DNA from: an uncultured bacterium
GTDB lineage: Bacteria; Muiribacteriota; Ozemobacteria; Ozemobacterales; Ozemobacteraceae
Assembly: GCA_964389325.1 (NCBI GenBank)
Contig: CAYMEN010000011.1
Span: 52,252 to 116,251 of the forward strand
Reading direction: 5' to 3'
DNA: 64,000 nt
A model generated the notes under the pieces. That model worked only from the letters and a program-made list of their open reading frames with translations. It did not search any database and had not been told where the DNA came from. Shown piece after piece: positions 53,377 to 62,229 of the stretch (the first letter of the stretch is position 1; each line of letters opens with the position of its first letter). Position numbers and translations under genes: made by a program.

Positions 53377-56300
53377 TCAGTTGCCGAACAGCCAGCCGTG
53401 GTCGCCTTCAGGGGGGGTGGCCGTGATTCCCCTGGCGGTCGTCGGAACGAAATGGAGAACCTGTTTCGTTTGGTCTACCAGATCCGGGGTTGAAGCGCCC
53501 CAGGTGCCGGAAAGTTCGATGCCGACCGGATTACTGCTCCCACTGAAGATATCCAGAATCAGATTCTGTGTTTCGGGAGTCGGATCGATGAGAACATCGG
53601 GCAATACGTTCAGCGGCAGGGGAAAGTGAACCCAGGCTGTCCCTGTCGAGATCTCAAAGTGCGTGACGGAGAATGTCGTGGGGCCCTCCGGAAGGAGAAC
53701 GCCGCGAAGCTTCATGCCGGTGTTCGTCGGCATGGTCTCTCTCGCCGGCCATTCGGTTGACGCATCCACGAACCTCGTGATGAAGAGGTGGGTGCCGTCG
53801 GCGCTCAGCATGCCATCGACGATGACCGTGTGAAGGTGGGATTCCCACATGTCATGACCATTGATGGGATCCTGATACCGGAACGCCGGGGTCTTTTGGA
53901 GGGTTGCCATGTCGAACTCGACGACGGCGATATGTGTTCCGCCGTCCATCCAGGCGAATTCGAACGGCTGGGTGGCGTTTTCCGGGGTGAAGACGAAGGC
54001 GCCCGTCAGACTGGCCACAGGTGTTCCGGTTTCGGGAGCGGAAGGAGGAGTGAAGGGAACTTCCGGATCGGGCCAGACGGTCGATTCGTCGATGAATGTC
54101 GTCATGAAAATCCGATGAGTTCCGTCGGAGGCTGTGAACGCATTGCCGGAGATGGTCACGGTATGACCGTTGGATTCCCACAGATCGCGTCCGCTGACCT
54201 GGTTCTGATACCTGAACTGCGGAACTTTATCGAGCGCATCCGGATTGAAGTCGACATAGGCGCTCGTCGCTGTGTTCCCGACGGTCCAGGTGAACTTGAA
54301 CGTGTTCCTGGGTTCGGTTGCTTCCTTGTCGAAGCTCCAGAGGCCGCTCGTTTCTTCGAGTTGGGTGCCACCGTAGACCGGGACGGTGGGAAGCTCGGCT
54401 TCGGGAGGAATATACCCGGTCATCGAGGCGAGGAAGATCGCGTAGACGTCGACCTTCGAGGGGCCGTAATCGGGCCGCTTTTCGGTGATCATGCCTTCGA
54501 TCTGGACCATTCTTCCGACGAAGCCCAGCATCGTGTTGGCTACCATGTCGGAGGTCGGAACGAACTCCGTCGCCACGGGCTTGTTCAGGCCGAACCAGAA
54601 TTTGCCGTTGGCATCCTTCTCGAGCGGGCCGCCAGTGAACGTCATTTTGTTCAGTTCGGGAATCGTGATGGTACCGTTGATGATCCCCGTGATCTTGAAG
54701 GTCGGCGGAATATGAAATGCGGGGGGGGCTGTATAGGTGCCACTATAGATGTGAGGCGTCGTTGTTGCTGTGACGAGGTAATTGTGGAAGTTCGTGGGAT
54801 CGACCTTGGCGATGAAACCGCCAAACTCGGCCGGAGCGTCCGGGAAGCCGGCGGGCGGCTGGATATACAGGTCGGTGCCGCTGGCCACGATGATGCCCAT
54901 GATCTCGCTGGGGAGTTGTTCATCGGTGATGCCGGTCTGCGGAATTTCAGACGGGACATGTGAGAAGCCCATCTCGGGGCCCTGCATCAGAAGGACGAAC
55001 AGCGCCGTCGCCTGAGCCTCGCTGAGATTGAGGTTCGCCATGATCTTGCCAACCATCAGGTCCTTCATGGCGTCATGGAAGCTCGTGATCTGGGTGGGGG
55101 TCGGGTTCGTGACTGTCGGGGTGGTCTGACCGCGAATCGCGTAGGCGACGGTCATGTCCTCGAGGTCGGGAATGTAGCCGCCGGCGGTCGTCTGGACAGC
55201 CTGGACCTCGGTGGGGGAGGGATACAGCCTGGCGATCATCGGCGGAGCGCCTGTCAGAAGGTTGAGATTGGTGAAGATGGTCTTGAACGCGGCCTGGAAG
55301 AGACCGTGCAGGGTGTCGGTCCTGAGGATCGTTTCGACCGAGGCTGCATCGGGGGCCGTCTTGAGCGCGAGCGAGATGCGCTCGACGCCGGCGGCGATCA
55401 GGTCGTAATCAGCCTGGGGAAGATAGGTGGGCGTGAGAACCTTCAGCGCGGCAAGCAGCCCTTCGAGTTTCGCGAGAATATGCTGATACTCGAGCTGCTG
55501 CTGGATCTGCGGCAGGTTCGATACGGACGGCGGAAGGGCCGTGGCGACCAGGCTGCTGTCGATGTCCTGCAGGGCAAGCATGACGTCCGACGGAAGGCCG
55601 AGCGTGCGAACCATGAGGCGGAGTTGGTCGTTGAACAGCTGCCAGCCTTCCGACGGGCCGTACAGCCCTTCGGCGACGCCGGCGTTGATCTGGTTCTGGA
55701 GGTCGAATGCGTATTTCCTGAACTGGAGGAACTTGTCGTCGGCCAGGCCCGCGGCGCGGAAGGTCTGGAGCTGGGCCTTCTCACGGTTGACGAACGCCTG
55801 GGCGATCGTCTGGAGATCAGCGTCGGTGGTCGGGAGCTGGCCGGGCGGGATGATGCTGAGAATTTCGCCCAGGTTGATCTCGAACGTTGCATCGAACTTC
55901 TCGGCGAATTTGACCAGTTTCGCCTGGTATTTCGTGTTGGGATCGATCACGGGCGCCGAAGCGACCACGTTCTCGTCGATCAGGGGCAGAATGCCTTCCA
56001 TGATTTCTCCGAGGCGGGTCGTCACGCGGATGACGATGTTCTTTCTCCCGGTGGGGAGGCGCTCCAGGCGGTAATACCCGTTGTCGTCCGTCGTGGTGGC
56101 CACGCCGAAGTCGACGAATTCGCCCGCTTCGTTGTAATCGCCGGCGATGACCTGGGCGCCCGTCGCCGGAGCGGTCACGGCCGCCCTGATATTCATGCGG
56201 ACACTTTGCGACACGGCGTTGGAACTGGCAAGACCCGCCGCCACGCCATTGCCTGAGGTATTCCCTTCATTGGAACCCGGATTCGTCGCGGAGGTTGGGC

Positions 56301-56400
56301 CGGCAATACTGTCGTCGCCGCCTCCTCCTCCACAACCTACGGTGAACAGCGCCGTTGCCAGCAGGCACGCAAACAGAACAAAAAGGAACCTTGATCTCAT
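53377..56400 (-). CDS. Large lipoprotein (1007 aa) with a duplicated ~80-aa C-terminal domain
   Basis: Lipobox 'TVGC' followed by GGGGG; carboxypeptidase-regulatory-like segment ('TTTDDNGYYRLERLPTG'); helical middle; tandem repeat near the C-terminus. Confidence 0.85.
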   Translation of the reverse strand: MRSRFLFVLFACLLATALFTVGCGGGGGDDSIAGPTSATNPGSNEGNTSGNGVAAGLASSNAVSQSVRMNIRAAVTAPATGAQVIAGDYNEAGEFVDFGVATTTDDNGYYRLERLPTGRKNIVIRVTTRLGEIMEGILPLIDENVVASAPVIDPNTKYQAKLVKFAEKFDATFEINLGEILSIIPPGQLPTTDADLQTIAQAFVNREKAQLQTFRAAGLADDKFLQFRKYAFDLQNQINAGVAEGLYGPSEGWQLFNDQLRLMVRTLGLPSDVMLALQDIDSSLVATALPPSVSNLPQIQQQLEYQHILAKLEGLLAALKVLTPTYLPQADYDLIAAGVERISLALKTAPDAASVETILRTDTLHGLFQAAFKTIFTNLNLLTGAPPMIARLYPSPTEVQAVQTTAGGYIPDLEDMTVAYAIRGQTTPTVTNPTPTQITSFHDAMKDLMVGKIMANLNLSEAQATALFVLLMQGPEMGFSHVPSEIPQTGITDEQLPSEIMGIIVASGTDLYIQPPAGFPDAPAEFGGFIAKVDPTNFHNYLVTATTTPHIYSGTYTAPPAFHIPPTFKITGIINGTITIPELNKMTFTGGPLEKDANGKFWFGLNKPVATEFVPTSDMVANTMLGFVGRMVQIEGMITEKRPDYGPSKVDVYAIFLASMTGYIPPEAELPTVPVYGGTQLEETSGLWSFDKEATEPRNTFKFTWTVGNTATSAYVDFNPDALDKVPQFRYQNQVSGRDLWESNGHTVTISGNAFTASDGTHRIFMTTFIDESTVWPDPEVPFTPPSAPETGTPVASLTGAFVFTPENATQPFEFAWMDGGTHIAVVEFDMATLQKTPAFRYQDPINGHDMWESHLHTVIVDGMLSADGTHLFITRFVDASTEWPARETMPTNTGMKLRGVLLPEGPTTFSVTHFEISTGTAWVHFPLPLNVLPDVLIDPTPETQNLILDIFSGSSNPVGIELSGTWGASTPDLVDQTKQVLHFVPTTARGITATPPEGDHGWLFGN

Positions 56401-56450
56401 AACTCCTCATTTCCTCCAAAAAATATCCATTCCAAGGATGTACGAAAACA

Positions 56451-56479
56451 AGACTAATCAAACGCTGAAGGGAAGTCAA
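56451..56479 (-). promoter_or_regulatory. Sigma-70-type promoter of the large lipoprotein gene
   Basis: Minus strand TTGACT-N17-TAGTCT; GGAGG RBS downstream. Confidence 0.7.
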
Positions 56480-56667
56480 CAATATCGAATCCTATGCATG
56501 AAGGATAGAGAAGTGTCTGTGTGGAGTTCGATGGATTCAGGAAATCCGTGCAAAAGAGCGCCGATTGAATACATGAGCGAAACGAGACTTGCACATGAAT
56601 TTCAATCGCTCGGAGCATAAAAAAAATGAATGGAACAGATGATGACGGCTCGAGAGAATGCACGCGC

Positions 56668-56797
56668 TATCAGACTGTGGATACTATCGTTTCCGGTCAT
56701 CCTGAGGTATCGAAGGGTGACCGGAAACTCATGAACAGGCTTGTTCGTGGTTCGATACCTCACCACGAACGGAATCGTGATTTTTATCCACAGGCTG
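56668..56797. repeat. 110-bp structured dispersed repeat, copy 2, with 13-bp terminal inverted repeats
   Basis: CAGACTGTGGATA (56671-56683) ... TATCCACAGGCTG (56785-56797), 1 mismatch; two internal hairpins. Confidence 0.85.
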
Positions 56798-56851
56798 CTA
56801 TGGGGTTCTGCAGGAGCCGTGAAGAGCGTGAATCAATATATGGGAAAAGGT

Positions 56852-57616
56852 TCAGCCGGTCTTCCGCGTGAGGCCGGTTTTGAAGAGGCGGTCGAGTTCT
56901 TCGCTGAAGCGGCCGTCGGACAGGTGAATCGTGAGGTTCGGGACGGGCTCGTGGGCGCCGTTGTAAAACCGCTCGGCTTCGATGAGCACGAGATGTGCCG
57001 GCTGGCCTTCCTTGGGAAGGACGAACCTCACCCGCCTCATGCCGAAATGGGCGGGTTTGAAGAGGGCGCAGGCTTCGTAGAACCGCTCAGCGGGAATGAT
57101 CATCGCCAGCCTGGCGCCGTAAGGAAGAAGGTAGGCGGCTGCCTCGATGAAGTCGGTGAGCGTGCCGTTGAGTTCGTGCCGGGCGGCGGCCCGGCCCGGC
57201 CGTTCGGGCAGACGGCCGCTTCCTTTCGGGTAGTAGGGCGGGTTCATGACCACCAGGTCGAACGATTCCGGCAGCATGCGTGAAGGGATTTCCCGCACGT
57301 CGACCCGCTCGAAATCAATGTTGATGAGGCGCGGATTCAGATCGAGATTGCGCCGGGCGAGGGTGTGAAACTCCTCCTGGATCTCGAACCCGGTGATGCA
57401 CAGGGCGGGGTTCCGGTATTTGAGCATGAACGCGAGAATCCCGCTTCCCGAGCCCAGGTCGGCGACCCGTATGATCTCCTTCGAAAGGGGCGCGAACTCG
57501 GCCAGCAGAAGCGTATCGATGGCAAACGCGGTTCCATCGATCTTCTGGATCAGCTTCAGGTCAGTGCCGACCACCTCGTCGAGGCGTTCGTCGGTATCGA
57601 GAAAAGGCTCCTGCAT
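56852..57616 (-). CDS. tRNA1(Val) adenine-37 N6-methyltransferase family (YfiC/TrmN6-like)
   Basis: 'IDTLLLAEF', 'DLGSGSGIL', 'VVMNPPYY', 'ARHE'. Confidence 0.85.
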   Translation of the reverse strand: MQEPFLDTDERLDEVVGTDLKLIQKIDGTAFAIDTLLLAEFAPLSKEIIRVADLGSGSGILAFMLKYRNPALCITGFEIQEEFHTLARRNLDLNPRLINIDFERVDVREIPSRMLPESFDLVVMNPPYYPKGSGRLPERPGRAAARHELNGTLTDFIEAAAYLLPYGARLAMIIPAERFYEACALFKPAHFGMRRVRFVLPKEGQPAHLVLIEAERFYNGAHEPVPNLTIHLSDGRFSEELDRLFKTGLTRKTG

Positions 57617-57682
57617 GGCCCCCGCATTGTACCGCACAACACCGTTTCTGTACAGTTGCGGGAATAACCCTGCTCGTCTTCT

Positions 57683-57710
57683 GTAGGGGCGGGTCTCAGA
57701 CCCGCCCTGT
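57683..57710. repeat. GTAG-type REP palindrome, copy 2
   Basis: GTAGGGGCGGGTCT-C-AGACCCGCCCTGT; compensatory T-A to C-G change relative to copy 1. Confidence 0.85.
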
Positions 57711-57731
57711 CACAAGCCTGCGGTGATCCGT

Positions 57732-58865
57732 TCAGAAATCGACAGCCATCGAGACCGAATACCGCCGGTCCTCGCGGTCGCCCGGCCGCTCACCGAGTTC
57801 ATCGGAATACGTCGCGAACTCGAATCGCGCTTCCCTGAACTTCGCGGTCGCCCCGGCGCTCAGATACCCGCCCCTGAGGCCGCCTCTTATCGTGAGCCAT
57901 GTCCGCATGCGGGCTTCCATGCCGAGCCTGAGCTTGGAAAACAACGTGCCGTCGCTCGTGATATCCGCCAGGTCGGCGGCCAGAAGCAGTTTGCGCGACC
58001 GTTCCGGCGAGCCCGACAGTGGGCGGATCGCCGTGCCGACGTCGACGCGCCGCGGCAGGCGCCCGATGCGCGAATCGATCTCGGACTCGAACACGTTGCT
58101 CACGGAAAAGCCGACCGTCTGGTTCCAGGGATTCGCGAGTTTGTAGAGCACCCCGCCGTCGATATCGAGCGCGGCTCCCTTGAGCGAATCGTTCCGGAGA
58201 TCGTCTTCGGAAAGCGAGGCGAAGTCGCGCGCATCATACTCACGGTCGAGGGTTCGCCGGGAAAGGAACTTCATTCCCAGTCCCCAGTGGCCCGCGGCGG
58301 AATCGCCGAACACGACGCGGTTTCCGATCGGCCGGGCGATCGCGCCCACCAGCACCGAATCGACGTCGGCTTTCGCCCTGATACGAGGGTTGGTCGGGCG
58401 TTCGACGCCGATCTGGGCGATCGTCTGGTACAGAAAGCCGGCGCCGAAGCCGGTGCTTCCGAGGTAATACGCGAGATTGGATGCCACGAGGCGGGACTGC
58501 TGCCCCATGATCTCGCTCAGGACACGGTTGTTCGAGGCGCGCGCTTCGGGGGTGTCGGCATCCGAAAGGCCGTCGGTCTTGTTCTCGACACGCCGCATGT
58601 CCTGGTTGATCTCGGCCGTCGCGTCGAGAATCGCATACGCCTTGTCGGTTACCTGGCTCAGGCCGGCCGGGTTGGAAAACAATGCCTGCTGGTCGTCGGC
58701 GACGGCGACGAACGCTCCGCCCATTCCCTGGCTGCGCGGCGTTTCGTAGGTCAGCGGGTGAGCCTGCCCGGCAAACGCCGTTCCGGTGATCGAAATGCAG
58801 GCCAGCCAGACGAGAAGCCCGGCCATGGATATATATTTAAAGTTATACATGTTTCGGCTGATCAT
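57732..58865 (-). CDS. Outer-membrane beta-barrel protein (TraF-like/FadL/PorV-type N-terminus)
   Basis: 'PRSQGMGGAFVAVADDQQALFSNPAGL' N-terminal motif; alternating beta strands; terminal Phe; start may be downstream. Confidence 0.75.
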   Translation of the reverse strand: MISRNMYNFKYISMAGLLVWLACISITGTAFAGQAHPLTYETPRSQGMGGAFVAVADDQQALFSNPAGLSQVTDKAYAILDATAEINQDMRRVENKTDGLSDADTPEARASNNRVLSEIMGQQSRLVASNLAYYLGSTGFGAGFLYQTIAQIGVERPTNPRIRAKADVDSVLVGAIARPIGNRVVFGDSAAGHWGLGMKFLSRRTLDREYDARDFASLSEDDLRNDSLKGAALDIDGGVLYKLANPWNQTVGFSVSNVFESEIDSRIGRLPRRVDVGTAIRPLSGSPERSRKLLLAADLADITSDGTLFSKLRLGMEARMRTWLTIRGGLRGGYLSAGATAKFREARFEFATYSDELGERPGDREDRRYSVSMAVDF

Positions 58866-58866
58866 C

Positions 58867-59718
58867 TCAGTCCGTTCCGTCCAGATCGATGATCAGCGAC
58901 GAGAAACTCGCGACGTTCACGTCGTGGAAGGGGTGAATCGCTTCAATCCGGTCGGCCAGGTCGCCGACGGCGGTGATGGTCGCCCGGTTCGACTCGCTGT
59001 ATGTTCCGGTCAGACGGAGACCGGCGACCGGGCTGAGGAGGGTCCAGTCATCGCCGCGGCCGTCGAAACCGTAAGCGAGATCTCTGAAAGACTGTTCTAA
59101 AGAGGTTCCCGATGAATGCGCCCCCGAGATGAGGGCAGTATAGAGCTCCGGCCATGTCGACGTCTTTCCGTCGTTGGTCGTGAAGGTCACGGTGTCGAAC
59201 GTGTCGAGACGGCCGTTCTTGTTGGTGTCGTATTTCTCGAGCAGCCGTTTCGCCGCGATCAGCGGTGGGAGAAGCCCGCGGGTGAGCTGGTCGGTCCGGG
59301 AGGGGGAGGAGACCTGGCGCATCATGACGGCGGCCGTTTCCAGCAGGTCGATGTCCGAGATCATGGCCGCGCATTTGAACCAGAGTGTGGCCCGGTCATA
59401 CGGCCCGACGCCGTTCTGCATGGTGTCGAGCACGGACAGCACCCGGAAGCCGGCGAGACCGGCCTCGGCTTCGGCCATTCCCTGCTTCACCTGGTCGGTG
59501 GCGTTTCCGCGGCCGAGAAGCGTCTGAAACGTTTCGCGGGCCCCGGCGAAGTCTCCCGACCCGAGTTCCAGGTATCCTTCATCGATCAGTTCGTCATCGG
59601 TGCGGGCCTTGAGGGCCGTGTCCATACCGTCGAAGATATTGCACCCCGACAGCCCGAGGGCGATCCAGAGCATGAGAAACGCCCGGATCGCTCGTGAGAT
59701 TCTGGCCCTGCTGAACAT
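58867..59718 (-). CDS. Lipoprotein with a TPR-like N-terminal helix pair
   Basis: Lipobox 'LSGC'; GGGAGG RBS; stop 1 nt before the beta-barrel start. Confidence 0.8.
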   Translation of the reverse strand: MFSRARISRAIRAFLMLWIALGLSGCNIFDGMDTALKARTDDELIDEGYLELGSGDFAGARETFQTLLGRGNATDQVKQGMAEAEAGLAGFRVLSVLDTMQNGVGPYDRATLWFKCAAMISDIDLLETAAVMMRQVSSPSRTDQLTRGLLPPLIAAKRLLEKYDTNKNGRLDTFDTVTFTTNDGKTSTWPELYTALISGAHSSGTSLEQSFRDLAYGFDGRGDDWTLLSPVAGLRLTGTYSESNRATITAVGDLADRIEAIHPFHDVNVASFSSLIIDLDGTD

Positions 59719-59913
59719 GCTGCCTCCCCCGAATGACGGAATACACCCGGGATATCGGCATATCCGCGTCGTCCGTGAAGAAATTTGTGCGACTTCCCGG
59801 GGCGCGTCGCGATGCGTCCTGTTCGACACGATGCGTTCGCATCAAAACTTTTGACGGGTGGTGTGGTATGAATGGGATAGAAACGTTCTTCATTCTTGAA
59901 AGGGGTCATTTCG

Positions 59914-60819
59914 ATGCGTTTTCCGAACCGTGTGCTTTGGGTTGTCGGCATGCTGTTTCTTGCGACGGGCCTCCTGGCGGGGCCGTTCGACAGCCGGCGG
60001 GTCGTGGTCGATTCGCGTGCGTCGGATGCCGCTTCAATGACGGTGGCAATTCCGGCAAGCGGAACGGTCGAGGTCCGCGTGCGGGTCGCGTCCTACAACA
60101 TTGCCCACGCCCGCGGAAACGAAGAGGGAAAGACGAAGAACGAGATTGCCCGCAAGGAAAATCTCGACGGAATAGCGAACCTGCTGAAATCGCACAAGAT
60201 CGATATTGCCGGCTTCACCGAGATTTCGAAGGGCGATCTGCGCGCGAAGTTCAGGAACCAGCCGAAATACCTGGCGGAACACGCCGGCGGCATGCACTAC
60301 GTCTACGCTGAAAACTACAGGCGCGCGTTCGGCCTGCTTGCAACGCAGGGAAATGCCGTTCTCAGCAGATTTCCGATTCTCTGGTCACGGAATCACAAAC
60401 TCTATCGCTCCGACGAAAAGCACGAGCAGCGGGGCTGTCTCGAGGCGCTTCTCGACCTGGGAAATGACAGACGGCTGCGGGTGCTTGTCGCACATCTGAG
60501 CCTCGAAGCCGACGAGTCGACGAAGCAGATCGAAGACATCTGGGACATGGTTCGCAAGAGCCCGGAGCCTGTCCTGCTTCTGGGCGATTTCAACTCGCGT
60601 CCGAAGAGCGACCGTGTCAAGTGGCTGTCTTCACGGATGAAGGATGCGACGGCGAACGTCAACACGACGTTCCTGAACAAGCCCGACGTGAAGATCGATT
60701 ACATCTTCACCCACGGACCGGTCCGCGCCGGAACGGCCCTCGTCGACGGCTTCAGACAGGGCTACTCCGACCACGGCTGTCTCATCAACGAGTTCCGGAT
60801 CGCCTATCCCCGTAAATAA
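59914..60819 (+). CDS. Exported endonuclease/exonuclease/phosphatase (EEP) family protein
   Basis: 'VASYNIAH', 'FTEI', 'GNAVLSRFPI', 'HLS', 'LLGDFNS', 'IDYIF', 'SDH'. Confidence 0.88.
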   Translation: MRFPNRVLWVVGMLFLATGLLAGPFDSRRVVVDSRASDAASMTVAIPASGTVEVRVRVASYNIAHARGNEEGKTKNEIARKENLDGIANLLKSHKIDIAGFTEISKGDLRAKFRNQPKYLAEHAGGMHYVYAENYRRAFGLLATQGNAVLSRFPILWSRNHKLYRSDEKHEQRGCLEALLDLGNDRRLRVLVAHLSLEADESTKQIEDIWDMVRKSPEPVLLLGDFNSRPKSDRVKWLSSRMKDATANVNTTFLNKPDVKIDYIFTHGPVRAGTALVDGFRQGYSDHGCLINEFRIAYPRK

Positions 60820-60830
60820 TATATTATAAA

Positions 60831-61853
60831 CTATAACAAAGGAACGCCACGGTCTCGGAAGGCCCGCTCTGTCTCGATAGGCCAGACACTCGACTGGACT
60901 TCCCCCAGGTGCGCCTTTTCGAGCAGATACATGCAGAGGCGCGACTGGCCGATGCCGCCGCCGATGCTGAGCGGAAGAGTATTCTCGAGGACGCCCCGAT
61001 GGAACTCGAGCTCGCGGCGCGAAGAGAGGCCTGCCAGGTCGAGTTGCCTGGCGAGGGCCGCGGCGTCGACGCGGATGCCCATCGACGAGAGTTCGAGTGG
61101 CTTCTGGCGGACGGTGTCCCAGACGATGATGTCGCCGTTGAGGCCGCGCGTCGCCTGGCCCGTCGGCGTGCTCCAGTCGTCGTAATCGGCGGCGCGCACG
61201 TCATGGGGCTTCCCGCTGCCGAGCGGGTGGCCGATGCCGATCAGGAACACGACGCCGTGCTCGCGGGCGATCTCCGCTTCCCGCCGGTTCGGTTCCAGGC
61301 CTGGGAAGCGGGCCTCGAGTTCCTCCGAATGGATGAACGTCACGCGGCCGGGAAGCTGCTGCGCCAGGGCGGGAAATGCCTGTGTGAGACCGCGATGCGT
61401 GTCGAGGATCGCGGACCATATATTGTTGACGGTATATTTCAGGAACTCGAGGTTGCGCTCGGCAGGGGTCACGGTGCGTTCCCAATCCCACTGATCGACA
61501 TAGATGCTGTGGATCTCGTCGACGAGCTCGTCCTTCCGGATGGCGTCCATGTCGGTGTAGAGCCCGCGTCCGGCCTCGATGCCGTAGCGGCCGAGGGCGT
61601 GGCGCTTCCATTTCGCGAGGCTGTGAACGACCTCGATCGACTCGGGCCGGAACCTCGTGACGAACGAGACCGGCGTCTGGGTGCCGGCCAGGTCGTCCTG
61701 CAGGCCGTTCCCCGTCCGCAGAAAGCGGGGCGCCGAGACACGGATCAGGTTGAGCCGCTCGGCGAGCCGGTGCTCGAAGACGTCTTTGACGTGCTTGATC
61801 GCATGTTCGGTTTCAAACAGATCGAGAACCGGCCGGTACTTCTCTGGAAACAT
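60831..61853 (-). CDS. asnA: Aspartate--ammonia ligase
   Basis: 'EVVHSLAKWKR', 'GLYTDMDAIRKDE', 'HSIYVDQWDWE', 'RAADYDDW', 'IGGGIGQSRLCM'. Confidence 0.96.
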   Translation of the reverse strand: MFPEKYRPVLDLFETEHAIKHVKDVFEHRLAERLNLIRVSAPRFLRTGNGLQDDLAGTQTPVSFVTRFRPESIEVVHSLAKWKRHALGRYGIEAGRGLYTDMDAIRKDELVDEIHSIYVDQWDWERTVTPAERNLEFLKYTVNNIWSAILDTHRGLTQAFPALAQQLPGRVTFIHSEELEARFPGLEPNRREAEIAREHGVVFLIGIGHPLGSGKPHDVRAADYDDWSTPTGQATRGLNGDIIVWDTVRQKPLELSSMGIRVDAAALARQLDLAGLSSRRELEFHRGVLENTLPLSIGGGIGQSRLCMYLLEKAHLGEVQSSVWPIETERAFRDRGVPLL

Positions 61854-61994
61854 ACTTCTCCTGTGCCGGGATAAAACCCGGAAGTGAATCTGGGAAAATC
61901 GGTAGTATCCGTTGGGAACGATGCCTGACCATTTGATTTCAACGAGGTTATCCACTAAGATAGTACACGGGTTTCCCGAAGATTTCAACGAACG

Positions 61995-62014
61995 ATGTAT
62001 TGGTATAAATACAT
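61995..62014. promoter_or_regulatory. Palindrome over a putative -10 element upstream of hicB
   Basis: ATGTATT-GGTATA-AATACAT overlapping TATAAA at 62004-62009. Confidence 0.45.
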
Positions 62015-62037
62015 AAAAATTTAACGGAAGGATGCGC

Positions 62038-62229
62038 ATGGAAAAGAAGCTTACGATGATTTATTGGAAAGGGAAAAAGTTCTGGCTGGGGAAGTTTCTG
62101 GAATACCCGGAAATCATGTCGCAGGGCGAGACGCTGAAAGAATTGGAAGATGGTCTTAGAGAAGCATACAAAGATATGATTCTCGAGGATGTTCCAATGG
62201 GGTATAAAACGAAACAGATTGCCGTATGA
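62038..62229 (+). CDS. hicB: HicB-family antitoxin (short, no DNA-binding domain)
   Basis: 'YPEIMSQGETLKELEDGLREA' HicB signature; GGAAGG RBS. Confidence 0.85.
   Translation: MEKKLTMIYWKGKKFWLGKFLEYPEIMSQGETLKELEDGLREAYKDMILEDVPMGYKTKQIAV

Larger units (their letters stand above)
3390..60834. repeat. Dispersed gapped palindrome ATA-N8-TAT (25 exact copies counted by hand)
   Basis: Starts at 3390, 6069, 6999, 8469, 9762, 10345, 10807, 13003, 14257, 19417, 21347, 23912, 24645, 27664, 29766, 32113, 41522, 41543, 47737, 48443, 49664, 54733, 56482, 58833, 60821. Confidence 0.85.

Noticed and set aside
56784-56792. Perfect DnaA box as a sign of oriC
   Set aside because: It is a single box inside the inverted end of a dispersed repeat; no box cluster and no dnaA/dnaN nearby.
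57732-58865. Conjugative element based on TraF-like similarity
   Set aside because: No relaxase, coupling protein, VirB4 or integrase in the window; flanking genes are housekeeping-type.
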